Assembly (NCBI GenBank): GCA_002496845.1
Contig: DALQ01000001.1
Span: 1-51,206 of the forward strand
From: Euryarchaeota archaeon UBA495
Lineage (GTDB): Archaea; Thermoplasmatota; Poseidoniia; Poseidoniales; Poseidoniaceae
Direction of reading: 5' to 3'
Length of the DNA stretch: 51,206 bases
The position numbers were made by a program, and so were the translations under genes. The notes beneath the pieces are model-generated. The model was not told the DNA's origin. It saw only the letters and a list, made by a program, of their open reading frames with translations, and made no database searches. Below are positions 8,859-17,009 of the stretch, piece by piece. Each line of letters starts with the position of its first letter. The stretch's first letter is position 1.

Positions 8859-9875
8859 TCATTCGACCGTCAGGATCTCTGGGCCACCGGAGGTGACGGC
8901 CACGGTGTGCTCAAACTGCCCGATCATGCCGTCGTCAGCGCACGCCAAGACGTGGTAGGTTTCCAAGAAGCGAATGCTGACCAGTTTCTTGACAAGTGCG
9001 TTCCACTTGGACTGCCTGCTCGCTTCGTCTGCGTCCGGGAAGGGTTTCTCGAGCATGGGGTAGGCCCAACGCTCTGCAAACGGCAGGGTTTCGTACCGCT
9101 CCTCGAGGTTCCGGGCCATTTGGGCCCCCAGGGGCTTGAGTTGCTTCTTTGCACGTGCTTTCCTTGACGTGGTGGCCCCTGTCACGCGGTAAATGTTGGA
9201 CGAATTGGATGCACCCATGTTCTTGATGAGGCCTTGCTCTCCCGTGGTGTTGAAGGGTTCCACGGCGTAGACGGATCCTTCCTCAACCACACCCTTGAAG
9301 CCTTGATGATCTGGGCCACAGCGGTAGGAAGGCACGGACACACCCGCATGAAGCACCCACGGCTTCAGTTGGTGGCCGCAAAGGTTGCGGATGGGTTGGA
9401 AGCCTGCATCGAGCGAGGGTTGTGCCGCGGCTTCTCCGACCTTGTGCCAAGGCGTGCCGGGATGCATCATCTCAACGGCTGCATCCCGTGCTTCGCGTGC
9501 GGCTTTGATTTGCTCGGTGTGGTTGTTGGTGTTGCCCACCTCATAGGTCAGCGCGTTGTCACCGATGTGGCCCTTGATGTGGACGCCGTAGTCGATCTTC
9601 ACCAAATCGCCCTTCTGAAGCACCATGTCCCCTTCCCAGCCTTCTGGTGGCGTGACCGTGTGTTCGGTGGTGAAGTGGGCAGCGATGTTGTTCACCGCAA
9701 TGGTGCCAGGAAAGGCAGGTTTGCCGCCATGCCGGTGAATGAAGCGCTCAGCGGCCTCGATGATCTCGTGCCATGTCTTTCCAGGCTGAAGTTCGTCTTT
9801 CATGGCCTCAAGGGTCCGACGAGCCACGTGACCGGCGTCGCGCCAGTACTTCATGCCGTCCTCGAAGTCACCCAT
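8859..9875 (-). CDS. map: methionine aminopeptidase, type 2 (archaeal/eukaryotic type)
   Basis: GGKPAFPGTIAVNNIAAHFT, VKIDYGVHIKGHIGDNALT, and the FEHTVAVT end motif. The alternative start at 9854 forms an ATGA overlap with the tsaC stop. Confidence 0.9.
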   Translation of the reverse strand: MGDFEDGMKYWRDAGHVARRTLEAMKDELQPGKTWHEIIEAAERFIHRHGGKPAFPGTIAVNNIAAHFTTEHTVTPPEGWEGDMVLQKGDLVKIDYGVHIKGHIGDNALTYEVGNTNNHTEQIKAAREARDAAVEMMHPGTPWHKVGEAAAQPSLDAGFQPIRNLCGHQLKPWVLHAGVSVPSYRCGPDHQGFKGVVEEGSVYAVEPFNTTGEQGLIKNMGASNSSNIYRVTGATTSRKARAKKQLKPLGAQMARNLEERYETLPFAERWAYPMLEKPFPDADEASRQSKWNALVKKLVSIRFLETYHVLACADDGMIGQFEHTVAVTSGGPEILTVE

Positions 9876-10447
9876 GCCATCACGTCCATCGAAGGTACCA
9901 CGCCCGCCCTGATAACCATTACCTCTGCCTCTTCTCCGCGCCCCTCAAGCCGAAGGAAGGTGCTTCCCAGCCCTCCCGGGCACGTGCCGGGGGCTGCTGC
10001 AGTCGGTGGGAGGGCGAGGCGTTCAGCGCACACCAAGGTGTCCAAAGCAGGTTCTTCTCCGCTGACGTTGGCGCTGGTGGCGGTGATTGGCCCCACCGCG
10101 TCAACAAGGGCCAAGGCCGTAGGATGCACCACGCAACGCACGGCAATCGCTTGGCCGCCAAGGCGAGCATCCACGGCCTCTCGAGCAGGCAGGATCAGCG
10201 ACAACGACCCGGGGGGGAAGGCATCGATCAAGGCATACGCCAATGCAGGAACGTCCACCAACGCTTCCGCCTGTTCGAGGTTGCGCACCGCAAGGCTGAC
10301 CGGTTTCCGGTCGTCGCGCGCCTTCAAGGCAAACACCGCGTCCAAGCCACGGGCCGTCGGCCGTGCTCCCAATCCTGGAAGGGTGCTGGTTGGGTAAACG
10401 ATGGCCTCATCTGCGAGAAGACGAGCGATGACGTCGTCGAGCTTCAT
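9851..10447 (-). CDS. tsaC: L-threonylcarbamoyladenylate synthase, short YrdC/TsaC type
   Basis: IVYPTSTLPGLGA (compare YPTDTVYGLG), SANVSGEEP, ~200 aa with no Sua5 C-terminal domain. ATG 10447 is preferred over TTG 10456. Confidence 0.8.
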   Translation of the reverse strand: MKLDDVIARLLADEAIVYPTSTLPGLGARPTARGLDAVFALKARDDRKPVSLAVRNLEQAEALVDVPALAYALIDAFPPGSLSLILPAREAVDARLGGQAIAVRCVVHPTALALVDAVGPITATSANVSGEEPALDTLVCAERLALPPTAAAPGTCPGGLGSTFLRLEGRGEEAEVMVIRAGVVPSMDVMAWVTSRTA

Positions 10448-10452
10448 GCCGC

Positions 10453-10737
10453 TCAATCCGTCTGAATCCAGTGGGTCAGATGGCGTTGTGCCACGTCACC
10501 TGCCAACGATTGGTCGTCCGTTTTGACCAGCAGCTTGCCGCTTGGAAACAAGGAAAGGTCGCTTGGACCGGTGAAGGTCCACATCAATCGGGTGCGCAGA
10601 CCAACAGTGTATCCATCGGCCACAATTCGGGCACCCACGGACTCCATGTCGATGCCATCGCACCCCTCGGGCACAATCTGCCATGCTCCTTTGGAGCCGC
10701 ATAATTCCATCGAGAACGCGTCTGACATGCCGCTCAA
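10453..10737 (-). CDS. hypothetical small protein (94 aa)
   Basis: An ORF packed between the repeat protein and tsaC on the same strand. No family recognised. LFPSGKLLVKTDD weakly recalls TBP-like-fold segments, which I cannot verify. Confidence 0.5.
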   Translation of the reverse strand: MSGMSDAFSMELCGSKGAWQIVPEGCDGIDMESVGARIVADGYTVGLRTRLMWTFTGPSDLSLFPSGKLLVKTDDQSLAGDVAQRHLTHWIQTD

Positions 10738-10743
10738 CTCTGA

Positions 10744-11877
10744 TCAGGACTTGGTCGGAGGACCGCTGGGGGGTCCTGAGGGAGGGCCGCTTGGAGGCCC
10801 CGAAGGTGGACCACTTGGGGGGCCGCTGGGAGGTCCTGAGGGCGGGCCCGAAGGAGGACCGCTGGGGGGACCCGAAGGTGGACCACTCGGAGGACCGCTG
10901 GGAGGACCCGAAGGCGGGCCGCTCGGTGGGCCGCTGGGAGGGCCTGAGGGCGGGCCCGAAGGAGGACCGCTGGGGGGACCAGTTGGAGGTCCAGATGGCG
11001 GACCTGCCGATGAGGCTGCAGGCGTGGACGGAGGCGTTGGTGGAGTCGCAGCCACAGCAGCGGGGGCGGGCACCGGTGGAGGCGTGGGGGCTGTTTCTGT
11101 TGCCTTCGGCGTGGGCGTGAGCGGGGCGAGCAAGGGGTCAGCCACCGGAGCAGATGCTTCTGGGGCGGTCGGAACGTCTGCTGCTTGAATCGGTTGCAGC
11201 AGAGGATCGGCGGCAGGGGCCGGTTCCTTAGGTGCAAGCAACGGGTCTGAGACGGGGGGAGTGGCGTCGGAGGAAGCTGGAACTGGGGGCGCCGATTGCC
11301 CGGTTCCGCTCGACCATGGTGGCTTCTTCGGGCCTTCTTCTTCCTCATGGCCAAAGGTGCCGGCAGCCCGGATGGTGGTCGCCCCACCTTCGGCGTTCAC
11401 GGCGCTGAATTGCGTCATCTCAACGTTGGACGCATCGATGAGGCCCCGTTCAGACACTTGACCGAACTCATCGAGTTGCCCTTCAAACGCACCAGCAAAC
11501 AGGCTTGAGCCCATCGCATTGGCCAAGCGACGTGTTTTCGGGGCTTCATACTCCATGTCGCTGGAAAAGGGCCCCAAATCCAGCGTGCCAGACATGCTGG
11601 ACGCGACAAAGGACCACTCGCCATGGTCGAGGCGAAGCTGGAAGCGAAGGCTACGTTGTGCACCTGGGCCCAGCGAACTGATCGGAACGAGGGGTTCGAG
11701 GTCTTGGGCTCCGGCGACCACCAAACGCGCGTCGATGCCGCCGAGCGGGACCGATGCTTCGTTGATGAGGACGACTTCGATGTCCAGCACGTCCTCGTCG
11801 TCGTCGTCGATTTCCATCCGAACCGACTGGAGTCTGGCTTCGATGGAAGCGACGCGCGCGCTGTGCTCCTCCGCCAT
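10744..11877 (-). CDS. hypothetical protein with Pro/Ala-rich region, three DPLL(A/Q)P motifs and a C-terminal (GPPS/T)x21 tail
   Basis: Start set at ATG 11877 (MAEEHSARVASIEARLQ), because the 5' part of track ORF 10744..12249 overlaps the RDD gene in another frame. No signal peptide or TM helix is evident. Confidence 0.7.
   Translation of the reverse strand: MAEEHSARVASIEARLQSVRMEIDDDDEDVLDIEVVLINEASVPLGGIDARLVVAGAQDLEPLVPISSLGPGAQRSLRFQLRLDHGEWSFVASSMSGTLDLGPFSSDMEYEAPKTRRLANAMGSSLFAGAFEGQLDEFGQVSERGLIDASNVEMTQFSAVNAEGGATTIRAAGTFGHEEEEGPKKPPWSSGTGQSAPPVPASSDATPPVSDPLLAPKEPAPAADPLLQPIQAADVPTAPEASAPVADPLLAPLTPTPKATETAPTPPPVPAPAAVAATPPTPPSTPAASSAGPPSGPPTGPPSGPPSGPPSGPPSGPPSGPPSGPPSGPPSGPPSGPPSGPPSGPPSGPPSGPPSGPPSGPPSGPPSGPPSGPPTKS
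10753..11004 (-). repeat. 21 tandem 12-bp units encoding Gly-Pro-Pro-Ser/Thr
   Basis: Codon-by-codon reading gives 10 Ser as AGC/AGT, 9 Ser as TCA/TCG/TCT and 2 Thr (ACC, ACT). All three frames on the opposite strand are open as a by-product. Confidence 0.95.
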
Positions 11878-11924
11878 GCGGCGAGAGAAGGCCACGCCGT
11901 ACTTGAATGCGGTGCTGACGGGAC

Positions 11925-12509
11925 TCACCGGAGGCCAAGCCTGGTCTCGGACGGGAGGGACCAATCCACCGCAGCGACGGTGTGGTGAGCGCGGTCGACC
12001 CCCGTTCGGTATTCGGCGCCGACCGAGCGAGCCTTCCAAAGGTCGCGTGCTCCAAACCAGAACCAACCGATGAAGGGGATTAGGTAGCGGAGTTTTGCTG
12101 CAGCACGAGGACCCCAGTGGTCTTCTGGAAGAAGCGTCCCGTCGTCGTGCACCAGAGCAATTCGGAACGCACGCTGCCCGAGGGAACGGCCGTATGCCCT
12201 TCCCGTGTACTTCCAGTACAACCAGAACGCCCCGAAGAAGAGGGTCCAACTCACGATGTACCCGGCCACAACGCGCGCATCAAAGGTCTCGAGTGCGAAC
12301 ACGTTGGTGGACAACATCAGCAGGAGTTGCTGGCCTGAAAGGAAGTGAAGAAGCAGGCTCATCACGATCACGTCGGTCATGAAGGCTGCCGCGCGGCGCC
12401 AGACCGGCGCGATGAGCATCCCCTCTGGAGCGGTGGCCAACGCCTGTTGAGCCAGCGTGCCCCCGGCCGGGTTGAGGCTGACGGGGGAGGCCATGATGAT
12501 GCCTTGCAC
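11925..12509 (-). CDS. RDD-family membrane protein
   Basis: APVWRRAAAFMTDVIVMSLL followed by TM helices, then YGRSLGQRAFRIALVHDDG. This is the typical RDD layout. Confidence 0.8.
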   Translation of the reverse strand: MQGIIMASPVSLNPAGGTLAQQALATAPEGMLIAPVWRRAAAFMTDVIVMSLLLHFLSGQQLLLMLSTNVFALETFDARVVAGYIVSWTLFFGAFWLYWKYTGRAYGRSLGQRAFRIALVHDDGTLLPEDHWGPRAAAKLRYLIPFIGWFWFGARDLWKARSVGAEYRTGVDRAHHTVAAVDWSLPSETRLGLR

Positions 12510-12531
12510 CTCTCCCTGTTGAAGATGTGCC

Positions 12532-14547
12532 TCACGCTCGCCCGACGTGCCACGCCATCAGGCCGAGTTCTTCGGCCCAATCCAGCCACGCCCTCCATGT
12601 TCCGTCACGGCGCAGTGTCTGGGGATGACCGACCATGATCAGGCCCCGACGGGCACGCGTGATGGCCACGTTCAGCCGACGGCGGTCCGCAAGGAACCCA
12701 ATCTCACCTTTGGGGTTGGAACGCACGGTGCAGAAGACAATGACTTCCTTTTCACGCCCCTGATATCCGTCAACGCTGCGGACTTCCAAGCCGTGAAAGC
12801 GCCCACCTTCGTCCAGGCCGCCGCCCTCATCAAAGAGGTCGGTCAGCAACCGGACCTGCGCCGTGTACGGGGTCACGACACCGACGTCGGAGCCTTGCAA
12901 ATCGCCCGCGGAAAGAAGGTCGTTCACGATTCCAAAAGCGGCAGCGGCCTGATCGCGGTTGGCTTTGGAAGCCCTTTCCGCGTCAAGTTCCTCCTCGCCG
13001 TCCACGGGCACAAAGGCCACGGGACGGTCCCAATCCGGCCAAAGGAACCCTGCGGGCGGTGGTCGCTCTTCACGGGCGCATCCGTCCTCAAGCCGCCCCT
13101 CGTAGAATCGGGCGCCGGGAAACTCGCGGATGCTGGGGTGCATGCGGTATTGCGTGGTGAGCATGTGCGTCGGCAGCCCGAGGTCGATCAGGCGCTCAAA
13201 CAGGGAGCGGCCTAGCCCGCCTTCTGCGGCCCGGTCCGAGATGACCGTGGGGGGAAGTTGGCATTGGTCACCGACCAGCACGAGGTGGCGGCACCCGCGG
13301 ACGATGGGTACCAAACTGCTTGGCTCGCTCGCTTGGGTGGCCTCGTCAACAAGCACGATCGGGAAACGGCGAGCGCCGAGAATTCGGTGACCAGAACCGA
13401 CCGTGGTCGCGCAAACCACCTCAGCGTCGTCGAGGAGCCCGTCGATCATCTGTTGTTCCATCCGCTGCATCTCTCGTCGCTGCATCGAGAGGTCCTTGTG
13501 CGCCAAACCACGCTCTTTTCCGCGCAAGCCGGAAAGGCCACGCTTGAGCGTGTCGTGCTCGTCGCGAAGGGCCGCCAGATCGTCTTGCAAAGGATGGTGC
13601 TCAAGCCGAGCGTCCAACGTTGCCTCACGCAACGAAGCGCGCACTTTGACGGGCTGACCGATGCGTACGGCGTTGACGCCGGATTCAAGCAGACCTTCCA
13701 GCAGGTTGTCGACGGCCACGTTGGACTCCGCCGTGGCAAGAATTGGGCCTCTTCCTTGGGCCGCCATGGCGGAAAGCACGTGCACCGCAGTGTGCGTTTT
13801 CCCGGTGCCTGGTGGCCCTTGAATGAGGGTCAGACGCTGTTGGAGAGCGGCCTCGACCGCAGCCGATTGGGAGGAATTCAGGTTGCCGCTGGGGTCTGCA
13901 CGAACGCGGCGAGGGCGCCCGCCGATGCTCGGCGAGGAAGCAGCGGAGGCTTCTGGGTCGTGCACTTGCCCAAGCAAGAGGTCGCGAAGGGGCGTGCCGT
14001 CGTCGGCCCCTGCGTCATGCAAACGGAGCAAAGCGTCCGCCATTCGGTCGTGCGCAACTCGGTTCGCGCCGCGATCCAAACGCCACACGCCGTCCCTGAC
14101 CCCTTTGGGACGCTCGCCGACGACCACGCGCACACGCGTTGGTCCTCGGTCGAGCACAAGCCCTTCGATCGTTTTCTCACCCCAAGGACGGGTACGGCTG
14201 AGGATGACCATGTCGCCGTGAGAGAAACGGTGCACAGGCAGACGTCCGCCGTCCCTCGCCTCGAAGATCAAAATCGGGTCACCAAAGAGGCGCCCTCGTG
14301 AACGGGCCTTCAGATCGTACAAGGTCAAACCGGCCTCGACCAGCCTGGACTTGCTCCAATGACGCCAGCGCTCCTCGACGGTGGCCAACTCATCTTCGAG
14401 CTCCTGACCGATGAGTCCAGTGAAACGTTCCAGGTGGTCTTGGCCCCGGTCCCAACGCACCGGAGCAGGCCCGTCGTCCACCTCGCGTGGGACCGGCAGG
14501 TCACGCGTCCGGCTGTTCATCCGGCGCACCCCCCCACGTTTGCCCAT
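12532..14547 (-). CDS. superfamily 1B helicase, Upf1/IGHMBP2-like (AAA_11/AAA_12 type)
   Basis: LIQGPPGTGKTHT (Walker A), VLVDEATQ (motif II), LVGDQCQLPPTV, TQYRMHP, VDGYQGREKEVIVF, RRLNVAITRAR. The N-terminal beta-barrel-like region resembles Upf1-family 1B domains. Confidence 0.85.
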   Translation of the reverse strand: MGKRGGVRRMNSRTRDLPVPREVDDGPAPVRWDRGQDHLERFTGLIGQELEDELATVEERWRHWSKSRLVEAGLTLYDLKARSRGRLFGDPILIFEARDGGRLPVHRFSHGDMVILSRTRPWGEKTIEGLVLDRGPTRVRVVVGERPKGVRDGVWRLDRGANRVAHDRMADALLRLHDAGADDGTPLRDLLLGQVHDPEASAASSPSIGGRPRRVRADPSGNLNSSQSAAVEAALQQRLTLIQGPPGTGKTHTAVHVLSAMAAQGRGPILATAESNVAVDNLLEGLLESGVNAVRIGQPVKVRASLREATLDARLEHHPLQDDLAALRDEHDTLKRGLSGLRGKERGLAHKDLSMQRREMQRMEQQMIDGLLDDAEVVCATTVGSGHRILGARRFPIVLVDEATQASEPSSLVPIVRGCRHLVLVGDQCQLPPTVISDRAAEGGLGRSLFERLIDLGLPTHMLTTQYRMHPSIREFPGARFYEGRLEDGCAREERPPPAGFLWPDWDRPVAFVPVDGEEELDAERASKANRDQAAAAFGIVNDLLSAGDLQGSDVGVVTPYTAQVRLLTDLFDEGGGLDEGGRFHGLEVRSVDGYQGREKEVIVFCTVRSNPKGEIGFLADRRRLNVAITRARRGLIMVGHPQTLRRDGTWRAWLDWAEELGLMAWHVGRA

Positions 14548-14621
14548 GACAGGGGTTTGGGTGGGGGGTTTGAGGCTCTGCCGACCGGGGGACGGGGAGG
14601 GACGAGGATTAAACCGGAGTC

Positions 14622-15650
14622 ATGGACCCCGCAGAAGGAGGTTGCCTCATGTTCAGGCGGCGAAAGAAGGAGGGGCGGGCAGAAGGTGCCTGCACCTTCT
14701 GTGGGTTTGTGCCCGAAGTTCCCGGCCCGACTTGTCCCCAGTGCTACTACGAATTCGACAAGTCCCCACGCGACCAAGGGACGCGCCCAGACGCCGCGGA
14801 TCAAGCCGACATCCTCGCCTTGTTGGAAGCCGAGCCAACGGCGATGGAAGAGGGAGCCCCGTTGGTCGAAGCGGTCCTTGCGATGGACGACGTCACCGTG
14901 GACGTGCCAGCCTACGATGCCCCTGGCCCCGTTGACGAGGACCAGGACGTCGTTGGGGAGCACGAATTCATGGAAAGTTCGGGACCAACGATGAACGAAA
15001 CCAAAGCCTTCGAAGCAGAAGAGGAAGCCACGCTGGTGCCCTCAGACGTCCGTCCTGATGCGGGAACCTTCGAGGTGCCCACCCACGACCCCACGGAAGA
15101 GATCGCTGAACCGGTGCCCATGAACATCGGTGGCCTGCACTCACCTGCTGAAGCCAATGAGCAACAAGAAGACCTGAGTGGACACACGGAACCAATTCCA
15201 GACCTGCCTGACCTTGACGCCATCGAGGAACCCATCGAAATCGCAGCCGTGGCGGATGAGGCTCCGGAACCTGCGGTGGCGCCAACCCCTGAGTTGCCTG
15301 ACTTGGACGACGTGCCTGAAGCCCAACCCGCCCCTCAACCTGCACCCCCCATCCAGCATCCAAACCGATGGATGCCGTGGACCGCCAAGGACGCCTGGAC
15401 CTTGTCCGCCGCCCAGACCGCGCTGGTCCCCATCTTCGAGGCGGTAGGCGCTGGGCAAGTTCAACGTGCAGCCGCGGACCTTGACCACATCGGGCCGCAC
15501 CTCCCCGATGACTTGGACCTCATCTACCACGTCGGTCTCTTGCTCAAACAACTCGGTCGTGACGAAGCGCTGCAGACCCTGTTGGTACGCGTCTCTGCGG
15601 CTCAACCCGACGATGCTCGCGTGCACGCCGCCGTGCACCACCTGAGATGA
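14622..15650 (+). CDS. zinc-ribbon protein with a long acidic low-complexity region and helical C-terminus
   Basis: CTFCGFVPEVPGPTCPQC at the N-terminus. Highly acidic middle with repeated PDLPDLD/PELPDLDD motifs. GGAG lies 4 nt before the ATG. No family recognised. Confidence 0.6.
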   Translation: MDPAEGGCLMFRRRKKEGRAEGACTFCGFVPEVPGPTCPQCYYEFDKSPRDQGTRPDAADQADILALLEAEPTAMEEGAPLVEAVLAMDDVTVDVPAYDAPGPVDEDQDVVGEHEFMESSGPTMNETKAFEAEEEATLVPSDVRPDAGTFEVPTHDPTEEIAEPVPMNIGGLHSPAEANEQQEDLSGHTEPIPDLPDLDAIEEPIEIAAVADEAPEPAVAPTPELPDLDDVPEAQPAPQPAPPIQHPNRWMPWTAKDAWTLSAAQTALVPIFEAVGAGQVQRAAADLDHIGPHLPDDLDLIYHVGLLLKQLGRDEALQTLLVRVSAAQPDDARVHAAVHHLR

Positions 15651-15654
15651 TACC

Positions 15655-16215
15655 ATGCAAACACCGGCGCTCGAAGCGGCAGGTGGGTTGGTGCTCCGGC
15701 CCATTTCGAGCAGCGATCTCTCGGATCTGCTGGAAAGCTACCACGAGTCGCCAGAGGACGGGCAGACCGCCCTTCCTTGGATGTACCCTCGCAACATTGC
15801 GGAGCAATTGGCGGATTTCGTCCGGGACATCCTCCGCGCTGCCGACGAAGACCGCATCCATTTCTGGTCGATACGATTGGACGATCAGCACGTGGGAACC
15901 ATCGGTTTGGGCGACGAATTGCAGTTGGACCTCAGCAGTTGGAGCCTCGGCTACTGGATTCGGGTCTCGCATCAGGGCCAGGGCATCGCCAGTCGAGCCA
16001 TCGATGCGGTGTTTGCTTGGCTTACGGAACGCCACATTGAGGCCGTCGTTGAAGTGGCCGTCCACCCGCACAACGGACCCGGCCTCGCAACGGCACGTTC
16101 GTTGTGCGCCCGCTGGGGCGGGACCCCGCTCGACGATTTTGTGGGCATCGACTTCGGTGGACGAACCATTCCCCATCACCTTCACTTGATCCAAGTCGGA
16201 GGCGGCGAGGCGTGA
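15655..16215 (+). CDS. GNAT N-acetyltransferase (RimJ/RimL-like)
   Basis: IGLGDE...LGYWIRVSHQGQGIASRAIDAVFAWL is the acetyl-CoA-binding Q/RxxGxG/A motif region. Starts 5 nt after the previous stop. Confidence 0.8.
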   Translation: MQTPALEAAGGLVLRPISSSDLSDLLESYHESPEDGQTALPWMYPRNIAEQLADFVRDILRAADEDRIHFWSIRLDDQHVGTIGLGDELQLDLSSWSLGYWIRVSHQGQGIASRAIDAVFAWLTERHIEAVVEVAVHPHNGPGLATARSLCARWGGTPLDDFVGIDFGGRTIPHHLHLIQVGGGEA

Positions 16216-17009
16216 GCCGTACATGGCTGACCGTGGACACCGACGATGCCCACCACCGTCCGTGGCAGCAAGGGCACCCCACCAGAAGCAAGGACCCTGA
16301 TGGGCTGAGCACGGCGCGTCGGCCCAGCGCAGCATGGCTTGCGGGTCTGCGACGTTTCGGGGACTGGGTGAAGCGGACGGGCCATCCTGTCACGGTCTTC
16401 GTCATCGAGGATCAACTGCGCCACCCAGAATCCCGCGACGCCCTGCTCACCCTCGCCGAGGCCTGTGGCGAACATCTCACGTTTGGCAGCCACGGCAGCA
16501 GCCATCGCGCCTGGGGCGCTTGGCCCGAAGATTCGGACGGGTTGGCGATGGCGGTGAAGTCTTCGCTGGAGGCAAACGCCGAGGCCTTTGGGCACCGAGC
16601 CAAACCATGGTTCCGCGCGCCTTCGGGCTACATTGCCCCGTGGATGGCGCTCCCGTTGGCCGAAGCGGGCATCATGCTTGACTCCTCGATCAACCCCTCA
16701 CGGCTGGTTCGGAGAAAGGCTGGACCGTCCCGTCGCTGGACCGACGTCGCCCACGCCATGGACGAAGCAGGCGTGGTGGAACGCCCATGGCACGTCCACC
16801 GAGGTTGGCCGACGTGTGGTCCGGCCTTGCATCTCCCAGGGTTGGCCGGCCGCGCCCGACGGGCTTGGCGGAACCTTCCGCCCGTCCTGAGCGTCGAGGA
16901 AGTCGATGCCACTGTGGTCAACGACGAAGACGTGACCACGGTGTATTGGCACATCACAGATCATGCCCGAAAAAAGGGCACTTGGGAGCCGCCGCTCAAA
17001 TCGACGTGA
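16212..17009 (+). CDS. polysaccharide deacetylase family protein (CE4/NodB-like)
   Basis: LTVDTDD (motif 1), GSHGSSH (H-x3-H, motif 2), FRAPSGY (RxPY-like, motif 3). GTG 16212 overlaps the GNAT stop in a GTGA junction. The track ORF start at 16104 lies inside the GNAT gene. Confidence 0.7.
   Translation: MSRTWLTVDTDDAHHRPWQQGHPTRSKDPDGLSTARRPSAAWLAGLRRFGDWVKRTGHPVTVFVIEDQLRHPESRDALLTLAEACGEHLTFGSHGSSHRAWGAWPEDSDGLAMAVKSSLEANAEAFGHRAKPWFRAPSGYIAPWMALPLAEAGIMLDSSINPSRLVRRKAGPSRRWTDVAHAMDEAGVVERPWHVHRGWPTCGPALHLPGLAGRARRAWRNLPPVLSVEEVDATVVNDEDVTTVYWHITDHARKKGTWEPPLKST

Noticed and set aside
10753-11004. Possible CRISPR array or non-coding satellite because of strict periodicity
   Set aside because: The period is 12 bp with no spacers. 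It lies entirely within a coding frame, and variation is confined to synonymous or Ser/Thr positions. No cas genes are present in the window.
10523-11188. Plus-strand ORFs (10523..11188 and 10683..11120) reading GGPLGGPEGGP... or similar across the 12-bp repeat
   Set aside because: The repeat keeps every frame open. The minus-strand frame continues into a non-repetitive N-terminal domain with a proper ATG (11877) and fits the same-strand operon. The plus-strand ORFs overlap neighbouring minus-strand genes.
11878-12249. N-terminal 124 aa of track ORF 10744..12249. The same applies to the 5' extensions of fen (25174..25554), Trm11-like (25072..25251), polC (39267..39548), priL (44969..45103), CE4 (16104..16211) and the methyltransferase (38866..39000)
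   Set aside because: These extensions overlap well-supported neighbouring genes in other frames and are rich in Arg, Pro and Ser. Internal starts restore normal protein N-termini and sensible spacers.
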